Source: a virus | Strand: one strand, 5' to 3' | Virus record (IMG/VR): IMGVR_UViG_3300043957_000063 | Location: 1-39,012 of that record | DNA length: 39,012 nt | Made by a program: the position numbers and the translations under genes | The notes under the pieces: model-generated | What the model was told of the DNA's origin: nothing | Database searches by the model: none | The model's input: the letters and a program-made list of their open reading frames with translations, nothing else | Shown here: one piece after another, positions 7,297 through 15,154 of the stretch | Numbering within the stretch: position 1 is the first letter of the stretch | How the letters are laid out: the number at the start of each line of letters is the position of its first letter

Positions 7297-7333
7297 ACCT
7301 ATGAGGAAGCCCCGCAGAAGCGAGACCAAAAAG

Positions 7334-7561
7334 CTAGACAATCATTTCCTCAACGGCTTCGAGCACTTCCCTTTTTAGCTGGTCTTCCTTATTTTTTTGA
7401 TCAATAACAGTCCAGCAGCCAAACGCGATCACAGCAATTATGGCTATGGCACCGATTATTCGTGCCGTGGTCTTCCTTTTTTGTTCGCGGTCCTTTTTCT
7501 GTTGCTCAAACCATTCTCTTTGGAGTTCCTCGATGCTGGGTTTCTTTTCGTTATTGCTCAT
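7334..7561 (-). CDS. Small single-pass membrane protein (75 aa), same strand as the repressor
   Basis: GGGGGAAAG RBS upstream. The N-terminus is charged, the TM helix is IIGAIAIIAVIAFGCWTVI, and the C-terminus is acidic. Confidence 0.6.
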   Translation of the reverse strand: MSNNEKKPSIEELQREWFEQQKKDREQKRKTTARIIGAIAIIAVIAFGCWTVIDQKNKEDQLKREVLEAVEEMIV

Positions 7562-7647
7562 ACTTTCCCCCGATTTCGATTCTTAGGAAAACTATAGCGT
7601 TTCCCGACAACGGTTTTTGTCGCATTCGTGCGTATCATGTTGCTTAC

Positions 7648-7687
7648 GTTCGAACAAATTGTGAAAGTGTTCGAACAAGATGTGAAG
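7648..7687. repeat. Tandem 20-bp direct repeat GTTCGAACAAATTGTGAAAG / GTTCGAACAAGATGTGAAGA
   Basis: Read directly. Each unit contains the palindrome TTCGAA. The repeat lies between the repressor terminator and the 7561 gene. Confidence 0.8.
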
Positions 7688-7700
7688 AATAAGTAATTAG

Positions 7701-7744
7701 ATAAAGTAAAGGGGCTTGCCATCCAGCAAAGAAACGAAAGCCCC
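7701..7744 (-). terminator. Terminator-like hairpin after the repressor gene
   Basis: On the minus strand: stem ggggctt...aagcccc (7 bp, long loop) followed by tttactttat. Confidence 0.45.
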
Positions 7745-7784
7745 GAATCGAGTACACCAATTGAGGTGCAACATGTAGTTTAAC

Positions 7785-8045
7785 TCAGTTTCGGTGTATT
7801 CCTCGAACTTCATCTAAGAGTCCGAAAACGTTAGTGTAACCAAGAATGCGAGCCAGTTTATCTAGATCCTCGGTCGTCCATGCATCTAAACCGCGAATCC
7901 GAACAGATATATACGACTGAGACCTGTGCAACTCTCTCGAGACCTGTGTTTGTGAAACGCTTTTCCGCTCCAAGAGCTGAGCAATGGTGTCGGCAATAAG
8001 TTTTGCCGTTGTGCCAATGCTTGGCAGTTCGTTGTTTCTTACCAT
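7785..8045 (-). CDS. CI-like repressor, XRE-family HTH (86 aa)
   Basis: HTH segment SVSQTQVSRELHRSQSYISVRIRG. AAAGGAG RBS. The gene is divergent from a cro-like gene across an operator-containing region. Confidence 0.75.
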   Translation of the reverse strand: MVRNNELPSIGTTAKLIADTIAQLLERKSVSQTQVSRELHRSQSYISVRIRGLDAWTTEDLDKLARILGYTNVFGLLDEVRGIHRN

Positions 8046-8066
8046 ATAAGACTCCTTTCATGTCTC

Positions 8067-8094
8067 ACATTATCGCATATGCGTAGTTTGTCAA
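8067..8094 (-). promoter_or_regulatory. Putative repressor-gene promoter: -35 TTGACA (8094-8089), 16-nt spacer, -10 TAATGT (8072-8067)
   Basis: Read on the reverse complement. The spacer is exactly the 14-bp operator repeat O1. Confidence 0.55.
8073..8086. promoter_or_regulatory. Operator O1: TCGCATATGCGTAG containing the perfect palindrome CGCATATGCG
   Basis: An exact 14-bp copy recurs at 8146-8159. Confidence 0.7.
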
Positions 8095-8145
8095 CTCTAC
8101 CGAGATATATAAGGGAGTTTACAAGAAAAACGCGACACGCCATGT

Positions 8146-8159
8146 TCGCATATGCGTAG
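8146..8159. promoter_or_regulatory. Operator O2: TCGCATATGCGTAG
   Basis: Identical to O1. It overlaps the -35 of the rightward promoter. Confidence 0.7.
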
Positions 8160-8184
8160 ACAAATATCAGTAATCATGTATTAT
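8157..8184 (+). promoter_or_regulatory. Putative early rightward promoter: -35 TAGACA (8157-8162), 16-nt spacer, -10 TATTAT (8179-8184)
   Basis: Hexamers read directly. The promoter is positioned upstream of the cro-like gene. Confidence 0.5.
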
Positions 8185-8195
8185 GTAACTATCAG

Positions 8196-8211
8196 CTTCG
8201 CAAATGCGAAG
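8196..8211. promoter_or_regulatory. Operator O3: CTTCGCAAATGCGAAG (near-perfect 16-bp palindrome with the same CGCA-WA-TGCG core)
   Basis: Read directly. It lies between the rightward -10 and the ATG at 8227. Confidence 0.6.
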
Positions 8212-8226
8212 AAGAAAGGAAAGAAA

Positions 8227-8472
8227 ATGACTGATTTTCAGCATCTTTTCTCAAATGCGATAAAAGCACAGATGGGCCGGCTCAGCATCTCGAAAGTTGA
8301 CCTATCCGAAAAGCTTGGTTGGGGAAAGAACACATCACGTTTATCTGCGAGGTTAAACAACAAGACCAATTGGAACACAGCAGATTTTGAAGTTGTTTCA
8401 AAGGCTCTTGACCTTCCAGATGCATGGGCTCTCATTAATTTAGCTCAGCAGGAAGCGGCTCTGGTGGCATGA
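8227..8472 (+). CDS. Cro-like HTH regulator (81 aa)
   Basis: Start chosen at MTDFQ (ATG 8227), preceded by AAGAAAGGAAAG. HTH segment ISKVDLSEKLGWGKNTSRLSARLN. The longer ORF from 8152 would run through the operators. Confidence 0.7.
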   Translation: MTDFQHLFSNAIKAQMGRLSISKVDLSEKLGWGKNTSRLSARLNNKTNWNTADFEVVSKALDLPDAWALINLAQQEAALVA

Positions 8473-8507
8473 CCTACCCACATCCCTGGTAGTTCAACAA
8501 TCAAGTT

Positions 8508-8539
8508 TCAAATAAATAAAGCCCCGCTGCAACGGGGCT
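8508..8539 (-). terminator. Hairpin that reads as a terminator only on the minus strand
   Basis: Stem agccccg / cggggct. The T-run (tttatttattt) follows the hairpin only on the minus strand. Confidence 0.35.
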
Positions 8540-8559
8540 CAAAAGAAAGGTAATAACTA

Positions 8560-9333
8560 ATGACCAGTATACAACCCTTCGATTTCAAGGGTACACCGGT
8601 ACGAACCATCACCTATGAAACGGGCCTGACCTGGTGGGTGCTCAAGGATGTCTGCGACGCACTGAATCTCAGCAACCCCACCATGATCGCCCAACGGCTC
8701 GATGACGATGAGCAGTCGAAGATTGACCCTAAGTCTGGCTTAGGGTCGGTTTCCAACACCCCTGTGAACATCGTCAACGAAGCCGGTCTGTACAAGATCA
8801 TTCTTCGCAGTGACAAGCCGGAGGCGAAGGAATTCCAGCGTTGGGTCACCCACGAAGTGCTTCCCTCCATCCGCAAACACGGCGGCTACATGGCCGGCCA
8901 GGAGAGCATGACACCCGAGCAGATGGCGCTCGCCAGCATGCAGTGGCTGCACAGCAAGGTCGAGGAACAGGCGAGGCAGCTCGAAGCGCAGGCGCCCAAG
9001 GTTCTGTTCGCGGACGCGGTCAACGCATCGCAAACGTCGATCCTCGTCGGGCAGCTCGCGAAGATCATCCAACAGAACGGCGTGCCTATGGGACAGCGAC
9101 GTTTGTTCGCCTGGCTTCGTGAACGCCATTACCTGTCGAGCCGCAAGGGCGAGGACTACAACATGCCGTTGCAGAAGTACATCGAGCAGGGCCTGTTCGA
9201 GATCAAGGAGTCAACGCACACGAATCCTGACGGGGTCACGTTCACCACGCGCACCGTCAAAGTCACCGGTAAGGGCCAGCAGTATTTCGTCAACAAATTC
9301 CTTGGCAACAAGGGCATCGAGAAGGCGGCGTGA
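8560..9333 (+). CDS. Antirepressor (Bro-N domain + KilAC/ANT C-terminal domain)
   Basis: Bro-N-like: FDFKGTPVRTITYETGLTWWVLKDVCDALNL...EAGLYKIILRSDKPEAKEFQRWVTHEVLPSIRKHGGY. The C-terminal region contains LFADAVNAS...LAKII. Confidence 0.8.
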   Translation: MTSIQPFDFKGTPVRTITYETGLTWWVLKDVCDALNLSNPTMIAQRLDDDEQSKIDPKSGLGSVSNTPVNIVNEAGLYKIILRSDKPEAKEFQRWVTHEVLPSIRKHGGYMAGQESMTPEQMALASMQWLHSKVEEQARQLEAQAPKVLFADAVNASQTSILVGQLAKIIQQNGVPMGQRRLFAWLRERHYLSSRKGEDYNMPLQKYIEQGLFEIKESTHTNPDGVTFTTRTVKVTGKGQQYFVNKFLGNKGIEKAA

Positions 9334-9554
9334 TCATGAAGTCGATAGCAGATTTGAAGGATGTGGAGTGGTGGACGGCGATGGATGCGGCTCGGGTTCT
9401 GAACATTGATTACAAGGTCGTCAGGGATGCGTTTAACAACCATGAGGTTGTGGTCAGATATCCGGGTTCGTCGCGTGCGAAGGCGAATGCTGACGAGTTG
9501 AGGGAATGGGCTCGACATGCACCGTTGACGCCGGGGGGTGAGTGGATTGACTGA
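9330..9554 (+). CDS. Small HTH DNA-binding protein (excisionase-like candidate)
   Basis: WWTAMDAARVLNIDYKVVRDAF resembles excisionase/MerR-type HTH segments. GTGA overlap with the upstream gene. Confidence 0.45.
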   Translation: MIMKSIADLKDVEWWTAMDAARVLNIDYKVVRDAFNNHEVVVRYPGSSRAKANADELREWARHAPLTPGGEWID

Positions 9555-9628
9555 TCGTGTTTTGCCTCTTGATTTTGAGCGTTTGGATCCTCGTACGTTG
9601 CAACTGATTCGTCGGTGGGAGGTGTCTC

Positions 9629-9814
9629 ATGTTGTTGATCACGAGCGACGGGGTGCGTAACCAGAGGTTGCGGACGGTGCGCCGGTTCGGCTGGTTTGGT
9701 GCGGATTTGTATGACGCGGACGAGGTTGACGCGTTGTTGGATGACCGGGTGATCCCCACGTTGGAAGCGCATGAATCCGGGTTGATTGAAAGATTTGGAA
9801 GGAACTGGAAATGA
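9629..9814 (+). CDS. Hypothetical protein (61 aa)
   Basis: GGGAGG RBS upstream. ATGA overlap with the next gene. Confidence 0.5.
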   Translation: MLLITSDGVRNQRLRTVRRFGWFGADLYDADEVDALLDDRVIPTLEAHESGLIERFGRNWK

Positions 9815-10458
9815 GTGAAGTGGATAGCAGGAAAAGCGTGTATTTGACGCGTCAGGTGGCGGCGTTGCTGGTGAGGGATGCGGCTCGTGAATCGTCCCGT
9901 CCGGCGCTGCAGCATATTTTCTTCGAGGATGGGTTCGCTTACTACACGAACCGGTTCTTCGTGGTTCGCTGGGATTTGCGTGGCTTGGAATTGCCTGACG
10001 GCAGTTGGATCGATCTGGTGCCTCCTGACACCGATTCGCTTCCCGACGCGCATATCGACACGAAGGGGAATCTCGCTGCCTGGGTGAAGATCGCGACAAG
10101 ACGCAGCTCGTGGGATCTGATGAATCCCGACCGGTGGAGGTCGCCTGACGAGTTCGAAGGCACGCATCCGAATGCGGGCAAGCTGTTCCGTCTTCCCGAT
10201 GGTCCCGTGGAGCCCGTGGAGAGCGTCGCGTTCAACCCCGAGTATCTGCGGGTGTTGTCGGTCATCATCTCTGGGAGTTTCAACACGTTTCTGCGGTTGA
10301 TCCCCAGCAAGTCCGAGTCTCCGCAGAACGCTCCCTGGTGGCTGACGGGAACTGACGAGCAGGTAGTGGCGCTCCTTGTACCGATGCGCAGCGGATACAC
10401 CATGGACAAACCATACGTGCCTGAAACCAAGAAACAGGAAACGGAGGCCACCAAATGA
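9811..10458 (+). CDS. Hypothetical early protein (215 aa); weak resemblance to the beta-clamp-like N-terminal pattern
   Basis: Translationally coupled at both ends. The segment ESSRPALQHIFFEDGFAYYTNRFFVV is reminiscent of clamp-domain motifs, which is a weak basis. Confidence 0.55.
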   Translation: MSEVDSRKSVYLTRQVAALLVRDAARESSRPALQHIFFEDGFAYYTNRFFVVRWDLRGLELPDGSWIDLVPPDTDSLPDAHIDTKGNLAAWVKIATRRSSWDLMNPDRWRSPDEFEGTHPNAGKLFRLPDGPVEPVESVAFNPEYLRVLSVIISGSFNTFLRLIPSKSESPQNAPWWLTGTDEQVVALLVPMRSGYTMDKPYVPETKKQETEATK

Positions 10459-11687
10459 GAATTACTGAGTTGCGGGCTGAGAATGTGAAGCGGTTGAAGG
10501 CCGTTGATATCACGCCCGGTGAGCATTTGCAGATTATCGGCGGCAGGAACGCTCAGGGCAAGAGCAGTGTGCTGGATGCGGTGGCGTTGGCGTTGACGGG
10601 TAAGGATGCGAAGAAGCTGAATCCTCGTCCTCTGCGTGATGGTGAGCGGAAAGGGCGGGTGCAGCTGGATCTTGGTGAGTATGTGGTGACGCGCACGTTC
10701 ACTGCGAATGGTGGCGGCGCGTTAACGGTCACCGCTGGCCGTTCGGGGGCGCGGTTTCCCAGTCCCCAACGTGTGTTGGATGACCTGATGGGTCGTTTGT
10801 CGTTCGACCCGCAGGAGTTCATCGGATTGTCGGGGCGGGAGCAGGCCGAGGTGTTGCGTGGCCTGGTGGATCTGCCCATTGATCTGGATGAGGTGGATGC
10901 GCAGCTCGACGAGTTGGCGCAGTCACGATTGTTGGCTGGCCGTGAGCTTAAGGCGTTGGGCGAGCCTGGCAGGGTTGACGATTCATTACCTAGTTCTGAG
11001 CGTTCCGCCACGGTGATCGTGAACCTGATCCAGACGGCACGTGACCGCAACCGTGAAATCGAGAACGCACGACGTGAGCATGCAGATGCCGGGGACCGCA
11101 TTGTCGACCTCGCGCATCAGATTCAACAGCTTCAGCACGAACTGGAAACCGAACGCGCTGACCAAAAGAGGTTGAAGGAACGTATCGACTTCCTCGGTGA
11201 GCCAAAGGACACGACGGAGCTTGAATCCCAGTTGGCCAACATCGAGGACACGAACGCTCGGGTTCGCGCGAACCGGCAGGTAGTTGAGCGGAACGCCGAT
11301 ATCACGTCCCGGCAGCGCACGTATGAGGGGTTGGACCAGCGGATCAACGACCTGCGAGCATCCAAGGACAAGGCGCTTGCCGAGGCTAAGTTCCCGATTG
11401 ACGGGCTTGGTTTCGACGAGTCGGGCGTCACCTACAAGGGTGTGCCGTTCCAACAGGCGTCGAGCATGGAGCAACTGCGAGTGTCCCTGGCGATCGCGAT
11501 GGCGTCGAACCCGAAATTGCGTGTCATCCGCATCAAGGACGGTTCCCTCCTGGACGATGACGCTCTCGCACTAGTAGCAGAAACCGCCGAACACCACGAT
11601 TACCAGGTGCTCATGGAGCGGGTCGGCACCGGGGATCCCGGAGCGATCATCATCGAGGACGGCCAGGTCAAGGAGGCCACCAAATGA
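10455..11687 (+). CDS. AAA/SMC-type (RecF/SbcC-like) ATPase of the recombination module
   Basis: Walker A GGRNAQGKSS near the N-terminus, a central coiled-coil-like region, and a Walker B-like VIRIKDGSLLDDD. Confidence 0.75.
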   Translation: MRITELRAENVKRLKAVDITPGEHLQIIGGRNAQGKSSVLDAVALALTGKDAKKLNPRPLRDGERKGRVQLDLGEYVVTRTFTANGGGALTVTAGRSGARFPSPQRVLDDLMGRLSFDPQEFIGLSGREQAEVLRGLVDLPIDLDEVDAQLDELAQSRLLAGRELKALGEPGRVDDSLPSSERSATVIVNLIQTARDRNREIENARREHADAGDRIVDLAHQIQQLQHELETERADQKRLKERIDFLGEPKDTTELESQLANIEDTNARVRANRQVVERNADITSRQRTYEGLDQRINDLRASKDKALAEAKFPIDGLGFDESGVTYKGVPFQQASSMEQLRVSLAIAMASNPKLRVIRIKDGSLLDDDALALVAETAEHHDYQVLMERVGTGDPGAIIIEDGQVKEATK

Positions 11688-12211
11688 ACAACATTCAGGA
11701 ACTCATAGCCGACGGTGAGATCACTCCCATAGAGGCTGCGCAACAGTTGGCGTTGGTGACGTCAATGCTGCGCCAATTGAAGGATTCGGAGAGTGTGTTG
11801 CGCGGCTATCTGACCGACCACTTGGACCCGAAGGAGCATCTGACTACGGCGTTGGGCGTGGTGAGTTATAAGCGTGGCGGTGAAGCGAAATGGCGGGTGA
11901 AGGATCCGGTTGCGTTTGGCCAGTGGCTTGCACGTAATGGTGAGGAGTCGAGCGTGGAGGAGGTGTTGTATCCGGTGGAGTTCATTACGAAACCGGATGC
12001 GATCGAGAAACTGGTGCGCGATCATCTTGGCGAACAGCCCGATGGTGTGGAGCTGTCGGGTGGCAGGGCCGATTCGGTGGCCACGTCGAAGGTCAAAGCG
12101 TGGAGCGAAATCATGGCCGACCTGACCGCGCAACGGCAGGCGGGCGCACTGCTCGGTATCGACAGTGGCAGTCAGGAGCAGGAGGAGGTGTCGGAATGGG
12201 ACAGGATCTAA
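11684..12211 (+). CDS. Hypothetical protein (Gp157-like position between the ATPase and RecT)
   Basis: ATGA coupling with the upstream gene. I recognise no confident motif. Confidence 0.55.
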   Translation: MNNIQELIADGEITPIEAAQQLALVTSMLRQLKDSESVLRGYLTDHLDPKEHLTTALGVVSYKRGGEAKWRVKDPVAFGQWLARNGEESSVEEVLYPVEFITKPDAIEKLVRDHLGEQPDGVELSGGRADSVATSKVKAWSEIMADLTAQRQAGALLGIDSGSQEQEEVSEWDRI

Positions 12212-12984
12212 CCACACAAAACCAGTCGGGATTGCAGTCGCAGATGCAGTGGGCGAAACTCGCCGAAGCGTCCGACATCATCCCCGACTCGTATCGGGGT
12301 AAGCCCGCGAACATTCTCGTGGCCGTAGGGTTCGGTGCGTCGATGGGATTATCACCGGCGGAGAGCCTGTACCGCATCTCCGTGATCAAGGGCAAACCGA
12401 CGATGAGCGCGGAACTGATCGCCTCGCAGGTGCGTCGCGCGGGCCACAAGCTACGCATCCAGAAGGATCCGGCCAGTCAGAGCGTCACCGCGACAGTGCT
12501 CCGTTCTGATGATCCTGATTATCCGATCAGCGTGACCCGTGACCTAGCGTGGGCGAAAAGCATGGGATTGGCGGGCAATCAGAACTATCAGAAGCAGCCC
12601 ATGACGATGCTCACCTGGCGTGCCATTACCGCGGTGGCTCGTGAAGCATGCCCTGAAGCGCTCTACGGTGCCGGTTACACGCCCGACGAGTTGCAGGATA
12701 TCCCTGACGACGTGCACGCTCACGTCGAACCGGACACGGAACCCGTGCAGAGTGCTCCCTTGGAGCCGTCCCCGTCGAAGGAAGACTGCAAGCATATTGC
12801 CGAGCTCATGAAACAGGGCGGTGTCAGCGACGCGGAGTCGGCTCGTGTGGCGTTCCACGCGTTGACCGGCAGGGACATCACCAGCACCAGCGAACTGACG
12901 ATGGTGGAAGCCGAACAGTTACTCTCCGCACCTGAACTAGTCGTCTCCCGCACCCAACAAGCATTGGGAGCACACCATGAGTGA
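12196..12984 (+). CDS. recT: RecT-family single-strand annealing protein
   Basis: Start at MGQDL (ATG 12196) after GGAGGAGG. Motifs: IPDSYRGKPANILVAVGFGASMGLSPAESLYRISVIKGKPTMSAELIASQVRRAGH. Confidence 0.8.
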   Translation: MGQDLTTQNQSGLQSQMQWAKLAEASDIIPDSYRGKPANILVAVGFGASMGLSPAESLYRISVIKGKPTMSAELIASQVRRAGHKLRIQKDPASQSVTATVLRSDDPDYPISVTRDLAWAKSMGLAGNQNYQKQPMTMLTWRAITAVAREACPEALYGAGYTPDELQDIPDDVHAHVEPDTEPVQSAPLEPSPSKEDCKHIAELMKQGGVSDAESARVAFHALTGRDITSTSELTMVEAEQLLSAPELVVSRTQQALGAHHE

Positions 12985-13174
12985 TTCCACCATTAACGCT
13001 ATCTGGTTCGTGCTCATGTTCCTACTGCTGATCGTTTCCTGCGCTATGTCGTTCCTGAGTTTCATGTGGCTGGTGGCTGCTGCGGCTTCCAGTGTGGGGA
13101 TCATACCCTGGCTGGTCATATTCCCCGTGTCACTGGCGGGCGTGTGGATTACGGCGGGGCAGGTGGAGCTATGA
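12977..13174 (+). CDS. Small membrane protein (2 TM, 65 aa)
   Basis: Hydrophobic throughout. The start overlaps the recT stop. Confidence 0.55.
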   Translation: MSDSTINAIWFVLMFLLLIVSCAMSFLSFMWLVAAAASSVGIIPWLVIFPVSLAGVWITAGQVEL

Positions 13175-13353
13175 CCACAGATGTTCCTTTGCTGCATGGT
13201 GCGGTGCGTGTCTGCGAGGTGTGTGGCGGCCCTGATATAGGTCCTCTCCGCTGCCCGCACGCGATCGACCCGCATTACCCGTGCCCCCAACGTAAACCTC
13301 GCCCGGTCAAGGGCAACAACCCGTACATGAATCGTAGAAAGAGAATGCTATGA
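13171..13353 (+). CDS. Hypothetical Cys-rich small protein (60 aa)
   Basis: ATG 13171 overlaps the upstream stop (ATGA) and the stop overlaps the ssb start. The ORF-track version from 13066 overlaps the previous gene. Confidence 0.45.
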   Translation: MTTDVPLLHGAVRVCEVCGGPDIGPLRCPHAIDPHYPCPQRKPRPVKGNNPYMNRRKRML

Positions 13354-13889
13354 GTAACGAAACAGTCATCACGATGGTGGGTAATCTCACTGCGGACCCG
13401 GAGCTTCGCACCACGTCCAATGGTGGCACGGTCGCGAACTTCACCATCGCGTCCACGGTCAGGGTGTTCAACCGCAACAGCCAGCAGTGGGAGGACGGGG
13501 ATGCCCTGTTCCTGCGCTGTTCGGCTTGGGATTCGCAGTATTCGCGGTTGGCGTCGAATATCCAGGCGAGTCTCGCCAAGGGTATGCGCGTGATCGCCCG
13601 GGGTGCCGTGGCGCAACGCTCCTACAAGGATCGCGAGGGGCATGACCGCACGGTCGTGGAGTTGAAGGTCAGCGAGATAGGCCCCGCCTTGTCGAAAGCC
13701 AGCGCACAGGTCACCAAGCAGACCGCTGGCGATTCGAGCCAGGGGAACGTGCAACGTTCGCAATCCTCGGCTCAGCAGGCGGGTGGCGCGATGCCTGCGG
13801 GATATCAGTATGGGTCGTTCAACAATCCCACGAACTCGTGGAACGCTTCGAATGAGTTCGGAGGTGAGTCCGGTGAACCGAGCTTCTAG
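13350..13889 (+). CDS. ssb: Single-stranded DNA-binding protein
   Basis: OB-fold motifs VITMVGNLTADPELRTTSNGGTVANFTIAS and FLRCSAWDS. Gly/Gln/Ser-rich tail ending in the acidic-hydrophobic tip GEPSF. Confidence 0.9.
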   Translation: MSNETVITMVGNLTADPELRTTSNGGTVANFTIASTVRVFNRNSQQWEDGDALFLRCSAWDSQYSRLASNIQASLAKGMRVIARGAVAQRSYKDREGHDRTVVELKVSEIGPALSKASAQVTKQTAGDSSQGNVQRSQSSAQQAGGAMPAGYQYGSFNNPTNSWNASNEFGGESGEPSF

Positions 13890-14022
13890 CACCTACGTGT
13901 ATCCGGCTGAGACGCCTCCTGATTTCGAGCGTTGCCCGTACTGCGGTTCGACCCTCAACGCTCAGGGGCATTGCATGAGTGGCGTGAATCATTACCTCGA
14001 CGAGTACTGGGAGCAAGCATGA
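13873..14022 (+). CDS. Small zinc-ribbon protein (about 49 aa, GTG start)
   Basis: GGAGGTGAG precedes GTG 13873. Motif CPYCGSTLNAQGHC. The stop overlaps the next ATG. The start is uncertain (GTG 13864 is an alternative). Confidence 0.4.
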   Translation: MNRASSTYVYPAETPPDFERCPYCGSTLNAQGHCMSGVNHYLDEYWEQA

Positions 14023-14387
14023 GCAGACAGAAACAGAAAGGCACCCTCGCGGAGACCGCGGTCGTCAGATACCTGCGCAGGGTGCTTGGCGACAGTGAGA
14101 ACACGATACGCCGTGAGACGTTGCACGGCACGCGTGACGTGGGCGATGTGACCGGCGTGCGCATCCACGGCGAACCCGTGGTGATCGAAGTGAAGAACCA
14201 TAAGACCTACGAGTTGAAACAGTGGCTCGGTGAGGCCCGTCTCGAAGCGGGCAATGCCGACGCCCCATACTATGTGGTCGCGTTCAAACCGGTCAGGGTC
14301 ACCAACCCGGGCGACTACATGGTACTCACCGACCTACGCACCCTGGCACGCATCGCAGGCCACGGCATCATCCAGGAGGAATCATGA
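14019..14387 (+). CDS. PD-(D/E)XK nuclease, putative Holliday-junction resolvase
   Basis: Start at MSRQKQKG. The motif GTRDVGDV...VVIEVKN fits the D...E-x-K pattern. Confidence 0.6.
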   Translation: MSRQKQKGTLAETAVVRYLRRVLGDSENTIRRETLHGTRDVGDVTGVRIHGEPVVIEVKNHKTYELKQWLGEARLEAGNADAPYYVVAFKPVRVTNPGDYMVLTDLRTLARIAGHGIIQEES

Positions 14388-14719
14388 CGCGGGCGGCGGG
14401 TCTTGATCCTGGTGTGAGGATGCTCGCGGAGTGGCTGCGTGAACCGGCATCGGAGCGCCGGTCGGTGCAGCGTATCCGTGAACTGGATGGTTTCGGCGGG
14501 TTCAGCATCCCCGAGGATCTGACAGGCAGACGGTTCGGGATGTTCACCGTTCTGGGTGATCCAGAACCAGACCCGGGCCACGGGTTGACATGGCTGTGCG
14601 AATGCGACTGCGGCCAACAACGTCGGGTCAGGCAATGGAATCTCACGGCAGGCAGGAGCCTATCCTGCGGCTGCCAGCGAGGCAAACACAAACGGAAAAG
14701 GGAGGAACACAATGAGTGA
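14384..14719 (+). CDS. Hypothetical zinc-ribbon protein
   Basis: The pattern DLTGRRFGMFTVLG...WLCECDCGQQRRV...SCGC recurs in phage proteins of unknown role. Confidence 0.55.
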   Translation: MTRAAGLDPGVRMLAEWLREPASERRSVQRIRELDGFGGFSIPEDLTGRRFGMFTVLGDPEPDPGHGLTWLCECDCGQQRRVRQWNLTAGRSLSCGCQRGKHKRKREEHNE

Positions 14720-15035
14720 GCTTACTGAGGTTGGTAAAGCCTTCGCGGGTTGGGCTGAGGAGAACTCGGGTCTCTCGGTTGATGAGAATTTCGAGTACAC
14801 GGATCGCACGGTTGGTAATTTCGCTGCCGCAGCGTTTGCGGCAGGTGCTGAATGGCAGTCCCAACGCGAGCCTACCGAAGCGGAGATCGAGGCGGCGGCG
14901 CGAGTTTTCTTCGGGAATCTGCATTACCCCAGCGCTTCGCTTGATTGGGATAATGCAGCCGACTCTGTGAAAGATAATTGGAGGCTTAAAACTCGATTAG
15001 CTCTCACTGCTACTCGTAAGGCGGTGATGGCATGA
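14712..15035 (+). CDS. Hypothetical protein (107 aa)
   Basis: Coupled to its neighbours by overlapping start and stop codons. Confidence 0.55.
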   Translation: MSELTEVGKAFAGWAEENSGLSVDENFEYTDRTVGNFAAAAFAAGAEWQSQREPTEAEIEAAARVFFGNLHYPSASLDWDNAADSVKDNWRLKTRLALTATRKAVMA

Positions 15036-15154
15036 CATTGCGAATTGAGAATTTTGCCGAATGGTTGGCATGCGGTGAGCGTGGTGAATCTTCTAATGCG
15101 ATTGTTGCACGCGTAACTCGCGTATTTCAACAGCAAGGAAGGAGTTGGTGGTGA
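15032..15154 (+). CDS. Possible small ORF (40 aa)
   Basis: ATGA overlap with the upstream stop and TGATG overlap with the downstream start. It is short and carries no motif. Confidence 0.3.
   Translation: MTLRIENFAEWLACGERGESSNAIVARVTRVFQQQGRSWW

Noticed and set aside
8152-8226. Longer N-terminal extension of the cro-like ORF (start at 8152)
   Set aside because: It would place the coding sequence over operators O2 and O3 and the promoter. ATG 8227 has a proper purine-rich RBS.
9410-10526. Three long minus-strand ORFs (229, 237 and 194 aa)
   Set aside because: They are antisense to a tightly coupled plus-strand early operon. Their composition is Arg/Pro/Ser-rich and they carry no motifs.
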